Assembly: GCA_027083135.1 (NCBI GenBank)
Contig: JALWQH010000023.1
Location: 543-64,542, forward strand
Origin: Desulfurococcales archaeon
GTDB taxonomy: Archaea; Thermoproteota; Thermoprotei_A; Sulfolobales; WAQK01
Length of the DNA: 64,000 nucleotides
Direction: 5' to 3'
The notes beneath the pieces were generated by a model, which was not told the DNA's origin, did not search any database, and worked only from the letters and a program-made list of their open reading frames with translations. This document shows positions 31,674 through 41,669 of this stretch, piece after piece (position 1 is the first letter of the stretch; each line of letters starts with the position of its first letter). The position numbers and the translations under genes were made by a program.

Positions 31674-32085
31674 GCCTCCGCCTATATCTGCGTTTCATGG
31701 TGCCAGCATCTATCCCCTCAATATCATAGCGCTCAGGATGGTTCATCCACCTCTCAATCATGACTATGCTCCTAGGATTAGGCTTAGGCCTAATAGTCCT
31801 CCTAGCCCTATACAGGTCATCCATACGCTGAGCCCTCTCACTCCTACCCTCATGCAGCATCTGAGCAGTATAGAGGAGCTGGCTAAGCGTCTCCTCGAGA
31901 TCCCCCCGCCTATAATCACCCCTCACAACCAAGCTCCTAATATGCCTGAGATTAGCCCTGTAGCCAAGCCTAGGATCAATCTCAGCCCTAACATCAATAG
32001 ACTCGGGATCATAGCCATGCCTAACAAGGTATTTCCTAATCATACGTATCTGGAGAGACACGGGCATACGCCTACCCATACACAT
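31657..32085 (-). CDS. Basic viral protein of unknown function
   Basis: Arg-rich, WMNHPERYDIEGID motif, overlaps the next gene. Confidence 0.65.
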   Translation of the reverse strand: MCMGRRMPVSLQIRMIRKYLVRHGYDPESIDVRAEIDPRLGYRANLRHIRSLVVRGDYRRGDLEETLSQLLYTAQMLHEGRSERAQRMDDLYRARRTIRPKPNPRSIVMIERWMNHPERYDIEGIDAGTMKRRYRRRRGRRG

Positions 32086-32106
32086 CCCTCTAACACTCTA
32101 TGCGGA

Positions 32107-33402
32107 TCACCAAGTCTCAGGGAGTTCGAGGATCTTTCTCCTGCTCCTGGCTGCAACTATGAGCCTGTAAACCATTATGATGATGTTGAGCATCAATACT
32201 ACTCCTAGGAGAAGCCCTGAGGCTGAGAGGATCACGCGGTCCTCGGAGCCAGAGGCATAGCTGTACTCCCTAGCAGTGAGAAGAATACCGTAGCCTGAGA
32301 CAAGGCTCATAACAGCCGCGGCTGGAACCCCTAGAAGCCAGGAGACCAGGGGGCTGAACAGGGAGGCTAGGAGGACAACAATGTAGAGGCCTGAGAGCTC
32401 CAGCTTCTCCCTATGCTCCACCACCAGGGGCTCAGTGCTCGGAGGCCCCGAGAAATATACCTCCACCTCAACATACATGGAGGAGCTCCAACTAACAGAG
32501 GCCTCAGGCACCAAGCCATCACCAGTGCTGGGCCCTGAGACCACCAGGCTCCCCAAGACAGCACCGCTAGAAGGATCCCTGAAAACCACGTAAGAGCCCA
32601 GCGGGAAGAACAACAGGTGGAGGGCATTATCACCATAGGCCCCATGAATAACCCAGACCCACCGCTCGTCAGGCTCCCTAGCAACACTCCCCTCAATGCC
32701 CCCCCAAGCATAGAGGCCGTAGAACCCCTGGCCTGAAAGCCAAGTAGGATCAAAGAGGAGGACAGGGCTCGAGACCGTATGATTATCCCATAGCTCCTCC
32801 AGCCCTCCTAGCCCCAGGCTCCTCGGGAAGCCTGCAACGTATCTTATCTCACCCCTCCACCTCTGAGCACTCATCTCACTCCCATTATAGCTGCTAGTAC
32901 CTATCAGGAGAGAGTTGTTTAGACGGGAGCCAGCACCGCTCCAAGAAGCCTGGGCTGATAGGGCACCGTTCACGTAGAGGAGGATGTGGGTGGAGTTGGA
33001 GACCCCCGCGATCCTGGTCCAGCTCCCCTCGCTCGCAGGGGCTCCCTCAGCCACAACAGTAGAGCCTGAGGAATCCCTCCTAGCAAAATCCCAGCGGTCG
33101 GAGACCTGGCTGACGTAGAGCCTCCAGTCAAGCTCATCCTTACTTGCAATAGCGTTCCAGTCAGGAGTGCTGTAGGCCTTAACCATAGCCGCAACAGTCA
33201 GGTCAGGGCCCTCCAGGGCATCGGTGTGGGGGAACACCACGTAGCCTGAGCCATTCAATACGAGCTTGTAGGCATGATAACCCAAGGCATCCCCGGGCCC
33301 AAGCTCAACACGGAACTCCACGTCGGGGCCCGAAGCCCCAGCCACAGGGGCTAGGACGAAGGAGGCGAGCAGGATAACTATGAGCAGCAAGGCAGGCCTC
33401 AC
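32107..33402 (-). CDS. LamG/concanavalin A-like membrane-anchored virion protein
   Basis: Signal peptide, LNGSGYV...W.RIAGV...LYVNG...LLIG...WRGEI LamG pattern, three C-terminal TMs. Confidence 0.8.
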   Translation of the reverse strand: MRPALLLIVILLASFVLAPVAGASGPDVEFRVELGPGDALGYHAYKLVLNGSGYVVFPHTDALEGPDLTVAAMVKAYSTPDWNAIASKDELDWRLYVSQVSDRWDFARRDSSGSTVVAEGAPASEGSWTRIAGVSNSTHILLYVNGALSAQASWSGAGSRLNNSLLIGTSSYNGSEMSAQRWRGEIRYVAGFPRSLGLGGLEELWDNHTVSSPVLLFDPTWLSGQGFYGLYAWGGIEGSVAREPDERWVWVIHGAYGDNALHLLFFPLGSYVVFRDPSSGAVLGSLVVSGPSTGDGLVPEASVSWSSSMYVEVEVYFSGPPSTEPLVVEHREKLELSGLYIVVLLASLFSPLVSWLLGVPAAAVMSLVSGYGILLTAREYSYASGSEDRVILSASGLLLGVVLMLNIIIMVYRLIVAARSRRKILELPETW

Positions 33403-33459
33403 ACTAATCCCCTACAACTAGGTGCGGAGAAAAAGAAGAGGCTGGGGTTTAAGGGGAGG

Positions 33460-33732
33460 CTACTCGCCGCTGAAGCCTCCCGCCACGACACGTATCATTA
33501 TCATCACTAAGCCCACTATCGCTACTGCAAGCGCGATGATTATGCCTGTCCCAGCAAAGCTCTGAGCCGTATTAATACTATTAGTGAACTCCTGGGGGAT
33601 AGTTATAGTAGAGTTGTTGAGATTGCTGGTTATAGTGTTGAAGGCTCCGAACAGTAGTCCAAGCCCTATAGCCACCCCCGCTATCATCGCTATTAGGAAC
33701 AGCCATCCCAGCAGACTATTCATAGCCACCAC
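33460..33732 (-). CDS. Major capsid protein candidate, spindle-shaped virus type
   Basis: 90 aa; two hydrophobic helices separated by an Asn/Thr/Ser loop with N-x-S/T sequons; followed by a U-rich terminator-like tract. Confidence 0.75.
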   Translation of the reverse strand: MVAMNSLLGWLFLIAMIAGVAIGLGLLFGAFNTITSNLNNSTITIPQEFTNSINTAQSFAGTGIIIALAVAIVGLVMIMIRVVAGGFSGE

Positions 33733-33765
33733 TTATCCCTGCATCATAGTGCGGAACATGATCAA

Positions 33766-34092
33766 CTATTCCTCAGCACTCCTCCTCCAAGCACCGTAAA
33801 GCAGGCCTGCCAGAGCAAGAGCGGCAACCATGAGGATCCACTTCCCAGTATAAAGGCTGGCTACAACAATAGCCGAGACACCCGTCGCTGCAAGACTCCT
33901 AGTCTTAAGATAAACACTGGCAACAACAAGGGGGCCCAGCAAGGCTGTGAAGAGCCCGAAGGTGGAGCTACTCCACCATTCAACCATAGCTGTGACATTC
34001 AAGGGGTCGGGGAACGTTATGCTGGGCGGGGAGGGAGGCTCAGCCCCAGCCAGCACGGCTAAAAGCCAGGTAGGAATAATCACTCCAGCCAC
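33766..34092 (-). CDS. Small viral membrane protein
   Basis: Hydrophobic 108 aa, RBS present, structural module. Confidence 0.7.
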   Translation of the reverse strand: MAGVIIPTWLLAVLAGAEPPSPPSITFPDPLNVTAMVEWWSSSTFGLFTALLGPLVVASVYLKTRSLAATGVSAIVVASLYTGKWILMVAALALAGLLYGAWRRSAEE

Positions 34093-34096
34093 CCCT

Positions 34097-34468
34097 CTAG
34101 CTAAGCATTCTGAAAGCCAAGCCCCTGAAGAACTGCACAGCCGCCAACAGCAGGCTGACGGTTCCCAGGAGGTTAAGCCCCGTTACCAGGCTGCTGGGAG
34201 GAGGGAATGGCAGGAGGCCTGCCACAGTATCCCCCAGCAAAGCGGCTCCAAGAATCACTTTCCAAAGCTTCTCGAAAAGCATGGGGAGCTGGACAACCAT
34301 GTAGAGGGGATCATACTTCATACTAGTAGCCGCCTCAACATCGCTCTTATCAACATTGAAGGGCATCGAGCCTGGAGACAAGCCGTAAGCCTCCCTAAAC
34401 GCACTTATGCTGAGGCTCAGCAGGAATATGAACATCGCTATGCTCAGAGCCCTCACATCCACCCCCAA
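34097..34468 (-). CDS. Small viral membrane protein (minor virion protein candidate)
   Basis: Hydrophobic termini, tightly packed operon. Confidence 0.7.
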   Translation of the reverse strand: MGVDVRALSIAMFIFLLSLSISAFREAYGLSPGSMPFNVDKSDVEAATSMKYDPLYMVVQLPMLFEKLWKVILGAALLGDTVAGLLPFPPPSSLVTGLNLLGTVSLLLAAVQFFRGLAFRMLS

Positions 34469-34485
34469 TAACCTGATGCGGAGCC

Positions 34486-37203
34486 CTACACCCTCCTCCT
34501 ATAAACGAAGCCAAGCCCGCCTAGAATGAACGCTAGGCCCAGCACAGCATCAGGGACGGAGAGCCAGCCCCAATACCCAAACGTGGCCAGCAGGCCAGCA
34601 CCCACCACGGCGAAGAACCCCGCGGTAGCCTCATTGGCCAGCAGCATGACTCCGAGGATGACTACAGCCGCCACTGTGCCCTTATGCTCCTGCAGCCAGT
34701 CTGGGAGAGGCAGCGTAGCATTCCTCCCTGGACTCCACTTCCAAGGCCATGAGGAGACCTTCCAGGAGCCCTCCAGGTTGCTCTTAATCTCAGAGCCGCT
34801 GAGGCTGCCCACATAGCCCACCACAATAGTGGATGTTATCCTATCCACAAACCCCCTAATATAGAGGAGACCATTAGACTCATTATAATAGTAGCCTACA
34901 ACACCAGTATTGTTAAGCTCATCCAACGATGAAACATTCCTCAGCTCCACGCCATCCATGGAGACATAGTCAAGGCTACCCACAATATGGAGGCACACAG
35001 TGAACTCTGCGAAAGGCTTCGTGTCAAGCTCCAATGTAAGCCTCGACTCAACAGCAGTATCATTAACCACACCCACCTCCTCGTAAGTAAACTGGGCTAG
35101 GGAAGCACCCCTAACATACTCGAAGCCGAAGGCCATGTGCCTCTCATAGTTCTCGAGGAGGTAGAGCATGCCTGTAGCCACGCTGCTCTGAGTCTCCACG
35201 TTGGTCTCATCAGCCCCATCCCACGTAAGCTCCCACAGCTCATCGCTCAGCAGGCTCCAAATCCTGTTCAAAGACACGATCAGCTTGGGATCAGTCCAGT
35301 AATAGTAGCTCATAGCCTGGAGGAAGTAGCCCTGAGCATAAGGCTCCTTCTCATCCAAGTAGCCCTTATACCAGTACTCCCCAGGAGCCTCATCCAGGCT
35401 CCTATACCTATAGTAATAATACCTGTCGTAAACACTGTCATAGTGGAACCAGTTGTTCATCAAGTAGTCGACAGCCTCCTTATACGTCTCATTCTTAGTC
35501 CTATCATACAATGCTAGGAGAGCATGAGCCACCTCAGCATTAACATCGAGATAAGTAGCGGCTCCGAACGGCGGGGGAATATCAAGGAACCCCCCGTTCC
35601 TAACATCACCTGGATCCCTAACCTGGCTTCTAAGCAGAGTATTAGAAGCACTAATAGCCTCGGACAAGTAGGTCCTATTCCCAGTATAATCATAGATGTA
35701 AAGAGCCGACAAGATATAGTTGCTTAAAGCCCTGTTGCTGACAAACCAGCTCCAAGAGTCAAACACCTTCTTAACAGTGGCGAACACGTTCTCCACGAAC
35801 TCGTAGTCGCCAACCCTGAGGGAAGACATAACTATGGAGGCCATAGCAAACCCCTTGAAAACACCCGTACCAGTATTAACAGCGAAGCTGAAGTCCCTGC
35901 CATCAAAGCTATCAACATTGTACAGCATATCCTCGTAGACCTTGTATAAGCCTGGAGCAAAGCTCGACATAGGAACGATCTTGAACTCAACACTGCTTGA
36001 AGAATTAGTGGAGTTTGCAGTCAGGTTGCCCATCTGAACCTCAAACTTCATCCACCTGAAATACCAGTCATAGTCAGGCTTCTGCCTATTACCATAACCC
36101 CACACATGCACACCCTTATCAGCAGGGACAAGAACCGCGAAAGCCCTGTTCATACCTATAGGCCTCTTAGTGAAGAACAAGGCCAGGCGCCACCCATTCC
36201 TCTCCTCCCACACGTTCTCCCAGCTACGCGCCAAGTGGTACTCCTTCTCATCACCGCTGCTCAGAACACTCCCACTAGTAGAAGCATTAACCAAGCCTAC
36301 ACCTGGAAGATAAGCATACTGGTACTGCCACCAATCCAGGTTATCGAAAGCCAATGTAACCCTGACGTTAGTCAGATTCATCCCCGAAATATTAGTGACA
36401 TTAAACCTGACGAGAACATAGGGCTTCCCAGGAATAACAACATAGTCCTGCACATAGCGGAGGACACCGTCACTCATAACCCTCTCAAGCACGTAGCTCG
36501 AACCATCCTGATATATCCTGGCATCAATGATCCTCCCATCACCCAGGCTCCCATCACCCGTATCCCATATACCCCTATAATCCGAGCCGTTAACAGAGCC
36601 GTTAAAATACCAGACCTCAGTCGACTTAATGTTAGCGAGATACCACAGGTTAGGCCACGAGAAACCATGCTCCAACACATTATTGTAATCCTTATAGATG
36701 TCCATTGAGAGGACAATGCACCTACCATACTTATCAGTCCTATTCCCAGCGAGATCACCGCCCACATTGACGATAAGGTTCCCAATACTCGCATCACTCA
36801 GATTAGTCGACAAAACCCTATCATAGGGATCCGTGACATACCTTGTGAACAAGTATATGTCCCCGCCATCCTGGTATGAGAGAAGCTCCTTGTACTTAGA
36901 GATAAGGGAGGATAAGAGATCACTGTAGCCGAGGAACACTAGGAGCTGGGCAGCCTCACCCTGCTCAGTATTCCAATGCCACCTCTGCCCCTCAGGTGTC
37001 CCCCAAGTCTCCCTAAACAGCCCCGTGGAATTATCGTAGAGCCTCTGGACAAGGACCTCAGCCATCCTCCTCCACAAGTGAGGGTCAACTACGAGGAGCT
37101 TGCTGGGAGTAACCCAGTCAGCCACCCCTCCCCTAGCAGTAACACCCGCCAGAGGAGCTGCGAGAAGCATGAGTAACAGTAGGGGAAGGACAGCACGCCT
37201 CAA
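34486..37203 (-). CDS. Large membrane-anchored virion protein, glycoside-hydrolase-like alpha/alpha barrel (tail spike candidate)
   Basis: Signal peptide, many sequons, WNTEQGE, DVNAEVAHALLALYDRTKNETY, TNVETQ motifs, C-terminal TMs. Confidence 0.7.
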   Translation of the reverse strand: MRRAVLPLLLLMLLAAPLAGVTARGGVADWVTPSKLLVVDPHLWRRMAEVLVQRLYDNSTGLFRETWGTPEGQRWHWNTEQGEAAQLLVFLGYSDLLSSLISKYKELLSYQDGGDIYLFTRYVTDPYDRVLSTNLSDASIGNLIVNVGGDLAGNRTDKYGRCIVLSMDIYKDYNNVLEHGFSWPNLWYLANIKSTEVWYFNGSVNGSDYRGIWDTGDGSLGDGRIIDARIYQDGSSYVLERVMSDGVLRYVQDYVVIPGKPYVLVRFNVTNISGMNLTNVRVTLAFDNLDWWQYQYAYLPGVGLVNASTSGSVLSSGDEKEYHLARSWENVWEERNGWRLALFFTKRPIGMNRAFAVLVPADKGVHVWGYGNRQKPDYDWYFRWMKFEVQMGNLTANSTNSSSSVEFKIVPMSSFAPGLYKVYEDMLYNVDSFDGRDFSFAVNTGTGVFKGFAMASIVMSSLRVGDYEFVENVFATVKKVFDSWSWFVSNRALSNYILSALYIYDYTGNRTYLSEAISASNTLLRSQVRDPGDVRNGGFLDIPPPFGAATYLDVNAEVAHALLALYDRTKNETYKEAVDYLMNNWFHYDSVYDRYYYYRYRSLDEAPGEYWYKGYLDEKEPYAQGYFLQAMSYYYWTDPKLIVSLNRIWSLLSDELWELTWDGADETNVETQSSVATGMLYLLENYERHMAFGFEYVRGASLAQFTYEEVGVVNDTAVESRLTLELDTKPFAEFTVCLHIVGSLDYVSMDGVELRNVSSLDELNNTGVVGYYYNESNGLLYIRGFVDRITSTIVVGYVGSLSGSEIKSNLEGSWKVSSWPWKWSPGRNATLPLPDWLQEHKGTVAAVVILGVMLLANEATAGFFAVVGAGLLATFGYWGWLSVPDAVLGLAFILGGLGFVYRRRV

Positions 37204-37493
37204 TCAAAATACACCTCCTCAGGCCTCCTCCTCATACTCTCAATCAAAATATAGATGATTATCGAGCCGAACACCACGACTGGAACCCAGCTCCAAACAC
37301 TCTCAAAATACCCGTTAATCTTATCCGAGATCTGCCTCCAGGAATCAGGGATCAGGAGGCCGTTCTCAGATGCAGAGTCATACAGGTAGTCCTGCAGCCC
37401 AATAAAGAAGCCTGTAAGCTGAGCCAGGAAGCTCATAGCAATCCATATACCGAAGAGAGCGACAACAGCTGTAACCCACGCCCTAGCAGCCAA
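37200..37493 (-). CDS. Two-TM viral protein
   Basis: 97 aa, two hydrophobic helices, overlaps the next start. Confidence 0.7.
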   Translation of the reverse strand: MAARAWVTAVVALFGIWIAMSFLAQLTGFFIGLQDYLYDSASENGLLIPDSWRQISDKINGYFESVWSWVPVVVFGSIIIYILIESMRRRPEEVYFD

Positions 37494-37516
37494 TCCTACC
37501 CCGTATAAACTATGCG

Positions 37517-39193
37517 TCAGCCAAGCACAATCCGCCTAAGACTAGGCACAGGGTAAAGTATCTCACTATACCTCCTACCCCTCAAGCCACGCCTCCTCCT
37601 CCCCTGGAGAACAATAGGAGCCCTAAACCTAGCAGGGATCCTGGGAGCAGAGATGCGTGGAGGCCTAGGGGGACTGGGTTCTCCCAGAGCCCCCAGCACA
37701 AGATTCCTAGCCCTAACCTTGCTGCGCAGCACCTCAAACTCCCCTAACATGCCTCTACCCTTAACCCTGCCCCTAGACCCCACTCCTCCTTTAGGGAGGC
37801 TAAGGGAAACAGGGAGAACAGAGGGCTTAGAAGCCCTACGCATAGAGCCCAAGCCCACTACTCCGAGGGCTCCGAGGCCCCGAATACTCCTAGACTCACT
37901 CCAGAAACGCACAATCATCCTCCCAGGCCTCCCCACCTCGACTCCAGCCAGCCTTCCCAGCTCCCTGGATCCTAGGCGTACACGCGGCTCCTCAGCACCC
38001 CTCTCCTCTAGGAGAAGAGAGCCGCGGCCAACAGGCTTCTCCACCTCTCTGGGAGGCCTAGGCCCCTGCCCCTCCACTCGGGGCAGGAAATCCTCAATGC
38101 TTGGCGCGTTCTCCTCGGAAGGAGGCCTAGGCTCGCCTGGAGGCTTAACCCTGAAGCCATACCTCCTAGCCTCACCCAGCTCGGGGATCCTCTCCACTCT
38201 GGGAGCCCTGCCCCTCCTAACAGCTACGAACTCATCCTCCACCCTATAGTCCTCCACACTTCTCCTCAGAGCCTCAGCCTCCACCACGCCTGGCCTCGAG
38301 GAAAACCTCTCAACCCTAAGCTCACCGGGCTCAAGCTCAGCCCTAGCAACCTCCTTGTACCCCAAGCCCGAGCGGAGAGAGTAGACGCGGCCCCTGACTG
38401 GAAGCTCCTCCCCCTCAACCCTAGTAGTCCACAGCTCCCAGGCCTCCCCCCTAAGCCCCTCCCCACCAGAGGCAAGCTCCACTCCCCTATAAGCCTCAGG
38501 CTTAGAAGCCCTATACACCCTGTAAACCACAGGAGCCTCACGCGTATAGGTCAGCCTAGCCTCATCACCTGAAAACAAGCCCCTAGCCTCCTCGGAGGGA
38601 GGCCTGTAGGGCTCAGCAACCTCAGCATAATACCTGTCAGGCAGAAGCTTGGAGACACCTGCACCCAAAGCCTTCCCTCCAACATAGCCTCCCACAACCG
38701 AGCCTGCAAGCTCACTCCAGCTAAGCGGATTATTCCTAAGCTCATCTAGGAGGGGGGAAGGATTCCTAAGCGTCTTATAAGTCCTATAGTAATCCATAGG
38801 GTTAACGATGCCTGTCAGCCCCTCCACCACGCCTCTACCGAAGTAAAGAGCAGATAAGCCGAAGGCAGCACCAAAGGCCTCAGCCTCATGGAACCCGCCT
38901 CTCCCACGGCTACCCTCATACACTCCCTGCAGCCTCTTCTCAGCAGGCCTGAACAAGTGCTCCTCAACATAGCTCCTAGCCTCCTGAACCTTAGAGTCAA
39001 CAAACCCTAGAATACGCCTCCAACCAGACTCCCGCCTAGCCCTCCTAGCCTTCCTGGCAAGATAAGCCTGATACGCTATAGCCGAGCTAAGCTCCCCATA
39101 ATAGGTTTCACCCGGAGGCTGGGAGGGAAGCCTGAGGGCCTCGGGATCCTCACTATACTCACGCTCCCTCTCCAAGCCCCCAGTATAGCTCAA
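37517..39193 (-). CDS. Viral protein with Gly-rich hydrophobic segments and Arg/Pro-rich C-terminus
   Basis: 558 aa ORF translationally coupled to the upstream gene. Confidence 0.7.
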   Translation of the reverse strand: MSYTGGLEREREYSEDPEALRLPSQPPGETYYGELSSAIAYQAYLARKARRARRESGWRRILGFVDSKVQEARSYVEEHLFRPAEKRLQGVYEGSRGRGGFHEAEAFGAAFGLSALYFGRGVVEGLTGIVNPMDYYRTYKTLRNPSPLLDELRNNPLSWSELAGSVVGGYVGGKALGAGVSKLLPDRYYAEVAEPYRPPSEEARGLFSGDEARLTYTREAPVVYRVYRASKPEAYRGVELASGGEGLRGEAWELWTTRVEGEELPVRGRVYSLRSGLGYKEVARAELEPGELRVERFSSRPGVVEAEALRRSVEDYRVEDEFVAVRRGRAPRVERIPELGEARRYGFRVKPPGEPRPPSEENAPSIEDFLPRVEGQGPRPPREVEKPVGRGSLLLEERGAEEPRVRLGSRELGRLAGVEVGRPGRMIVRFWSESRSIRGLGALGVVGLGSMRRASKPSVLPVSLSLPKGGVGSRGRVKGRGMLGEFEVLRSKVRARNLVLGALGEPSPPRPPRISAPRIPARFRAPIVLQGRRRRGLRGRRYSEILYPVPSLRRIVLG

Positions 39194-39492
39194 CGCCTCC
39201 TCCCTCTCCTCTCACTCGCCTCGAAGCCAGGCATACCGATCAGTCCCAGGAGATCAGGGCTCCTCGAGGAGCGCCTAGGCTTCTCCGAATCCCTGAGCAT
39301 CCCCCTGATCCTCCTCTTACGGTAGTCGCCGATAATCCTCTTAACCTCCTCCTCGCTGAGCACACCGTTCTCCAAGCCAAGCATGATCTCCCTGGCAACC
39401 CTCTTAGAAACCCCATACTTCTTAGCCAGCCCGTTAACCCTCCGCTCACGCTCAAGAAGCTCACGGATCCTAAGCCTAACACCACTAAGCAA
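39190..39492 (-). CDS. Small basic viral protein
   Basis: LAKKYGVSKRVARE HTH-like segment; operon packing. Confidence 0.65.
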   Translation of the reverse strand: MLSGVRLRIRELLERERRVNGLAKKYGVSKRVAREIMLGLENGVLSEEEVKRIIGDYRKRRIRGMLRDSEKPRRSSRSPDLLGLIGMPGFEASERRGRRR

Positions 39493-39517
39493 GCATCAAT
39501 CCCCAAAACAAAATGCG

Positions 39518-40258
39518 TCAACCCATAGCATAGGAGAACACGTAGGGAGCAACCTCAAAGTAATAAGCCTTGAACAGCTCCCTATCCTGCACGATCCCAC
39601 GCCTAACAAGATAGGAGAAGAGGAACTCACGCATCCTGCTCCTCCCCAATAGGAAGCTAGCAGCAGCGAAGCACGAGTAAATATAGCTGAGGCTAAGCAG
39701 ACTAGCAGAGAAATCACGCTTCTTCTTCATACTGGTCGTCCAAACCTTCTCCCCATACTCATCATAAAACCAGTTGAAAGCCCTGCGATGCACAAGCTTA
39801 ACCGTAGCCCAGAACGTGCCATCAGGGTCAAAACGCTTAACACCGCTCCTACGGTAAAGCCTATGCATAAGCTGCTCATACTCGTAGAACTGCCTCATAC
39901 CAGGATTCATCTTCCGAAGCACAATGCTCCTCTCACTCCTCTCAGGCGGAGCCCTGTGAGCCAAGGGATCCCTCTCACCACCCCCCAGCACAGGTGTTGT
40001 AGATTCATCGAGTTGTAAAGCCTGCATGGAGCTGTTATAGGCTCTGGAAGCCCTCTCCTCCATCCTCCTCTGAGCATAGAGGAAAAGCTTGTGGACACGG
40101 TTAACAAGGCGCAGGTAGAGCTCCCTGCTCCTAGTCCTCTCCCACTCACGGTAATCCTCAGGATAAAGATCCCTAGCAATATCAATATACTTCAACCCGT
40201 AGCCGCGGAGCTCCCAGACATCCATATACCTGGCTTCAGCAGTCAACTCTACCACCAT
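39518..40258 (-). CDS. Viral HTH protein, transcription regulator candidate
   Basis: N-terminal WELRGYGLKYIDIARDL HTH-like segment; own TTATAA at 40275-40280. Confidence 0.65.
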   Translation of the reverse strand: MVVELTAEARYMDVWELRGYGLKYIDIARDLYPEDYREWERTRSRELYLRLVNRVHKLFLYAQRRMEERASRAYNSSMQALQLDESTTPVLGGGERDPLAHRAPPERSERSIVLRKMNPGMRQFYEYEQLMHRLYRRSGVKRFDPDGTFWATVKLVHRRAFNWFYDEYGEKVWTTSMKKKRDFSASLLSLSYIYSCFAAASFLLGRSRMREFLFSYLVRRGIVQDRELFKAYYFEVAPYVFSYAMG

Positions 40259-40285
40259 ATAGGGATGAGCATGGTTATAAGCTGG

Positions 40286-40304
40286 GTGTCCACAGCATGG
40301 ACAC
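40286..40304. promoter_or_regulatory. Palindrome GTGTCCA-CAGCA-TGGACAC
   Basis: One of four copies; immediately upstream of the TATA box of 39518-40258. Confidence 0.75.
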
Positions 40305-40309
40305 GCAGG

Positions 40310-41260
40310 CTACCCGACAAGCTCCACCTCCACATCCTCCTCGCCCCCAGAATCCCCTGCACCAAGCCTAGCCAGGATGGAGCGGGCCAGCCGCCTAAGC
40401 TCAGGGGGAGACTCCTCGTCCTCAAGGACCTTCCTAGCAGCAGCCATGAGCTTGGAGGCCCTCTTAAGCTCCTCCTCCCTAATAGCATCCTCCAGCTCAG
40501 TCAAAGCGTGGTCAATGTACTGGTCCCTCATATCCATATACTTGGGGTAAACATCGTCGGGAATCCTCCTAACAAACTCCTCCTCAAACTGCTTATACAC
40601 CCTGACACTTCCCGAGGGGGCGACAGAGAAGCCGTAGCCATGAGCCCTGCTCCACCTCTCATCAACCTTAACAACCCTCACAATAATGTTCTCATACCTG
40701 CGGATAGGGCGGAGCATATCCTCAGGGCTCGGAGTACTCATAATCAAGGCTGAAGCCCTGCTCCTCACAAGCTTAACCACATCGCTTATCGCCTTCGCCT
40801 TAGCCACACTGGTGAAAAACATGTAGGCCCCACCGAAAACCCCCGCATCATCCCAAACCAATAATGGGATCCTCTTCCTCCACGAAGCACCCCTAAGCTT
40901 AGGGATAAGATCCCCTATATCGAAGAAGCTGTAGCGGAAAACAATGTCGCTGAAATCAACCCTGAAGCCAAGGCTCCTCATAGCATCCAAGGCAACCTTG
41001 AAGCTATACGTGGACTTCCCAGCCCCAAGCTTCCCGTAGATTATGGCTCCGAGGAACTCCGTCTCCCTGTAAGCCGAGACTATCCTCCTCCCAAGAACAC
41101 TCCACCCACTGCTCCTAGACTTCTCCCTAGCATCCACAACACTACTAGTATCCGCTACACGGTCAAGCTCCTCGGGCTCCCACTCCAACAGCTCCTCTAT
41201 CTCCCTAAGCGCCCTGACAACACTACGCTCCGCTCTCAACCTCCCTGCCCCTCTCAACAC
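40310..41260 (-). CDS. Viral P-loop ATPase, SSV1 B251-like
   Basis: Walker A GKLGAGKST, Walker B LLVWDDAG, IMSTP. Confidence 0.85.
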   Translation of the reverse strand: MLRGAGRLRAERSVVRALREIEELLEWEPEELDRVADTSSVVDAREKSRSSGWSVLGRRIVSAYRETEFLGAIIYGKLGAGKSTYSFKVALDAMRSLGFRVDFSDIVFRYSFFDIGDLIPKLRGASWRKRIPLLVWDDAGVFGGAYMFFTSVAKAKAISDVVKLVRSRASALIMSTPSPEDMLRPIRRYENIIVRVVKVDERWSRAHGYGFSVAPSGSVRVYKQFEEEFVRRIPDDVYPKYMDMRDQYIDHALTELEDAIREEELKRASKLMAAARKVLEDEESPPELRRLARSILARLGAGDSGGEEDVEVELVG

Positions 41261-41669
41261 CCCTGACGCTGAGGAACAAGCGGTGCCTATGCATCACGCC
41301 CAGAATAATCCTGAAAATACTGTCCAACGCCTTCTTCTTAACCGCGGCACACCTCCTCCTATAAACCATGGGATGCGTGAACTCGTCCCTCTGAGCCCTG
41401 CACTCCTCATCAACCCGCTTCTCAAAGTCCTCGAAGCTCCCCTCCTCCACGCCCAGAGCCTCACGCAGCCTAGCCTTAAGCTCCCTCTGAGCCCTGGGAG
41501 GCAGAAGCCCCCAAAGCGTATCCAGATCCTCAGCGTAAACCTCCACGAGCTCAGGGTTAAAGGACGCCAGCCTCTTACTCTCCATAGCGTTGGAGACAGC
41601 CCTTACAAGAAGGAACTGGTAGTTCCCATACAGGCCTCTAACCTCCTCAACCCTGCTCACACCAGTCAC
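41223..41669 (-). CDS. Viral protein upstream of the ATPase
   Basis: 148 aa, coupled on both sides. Confidence 0.7.
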   Translation of the reverse strand: MTGVSRVEEVRGLYGNYQFLLVRAVSNAMESKRLASFNPELVEVYAEDLDTLWGLLPPRAQRELKARLREALGVEEGSFEDFEKRVDEECRAQRDEFTHPMVYRRRCAAVKKKALDSIFRIILGVMHRHRLFLSVRGVERGREVESGA

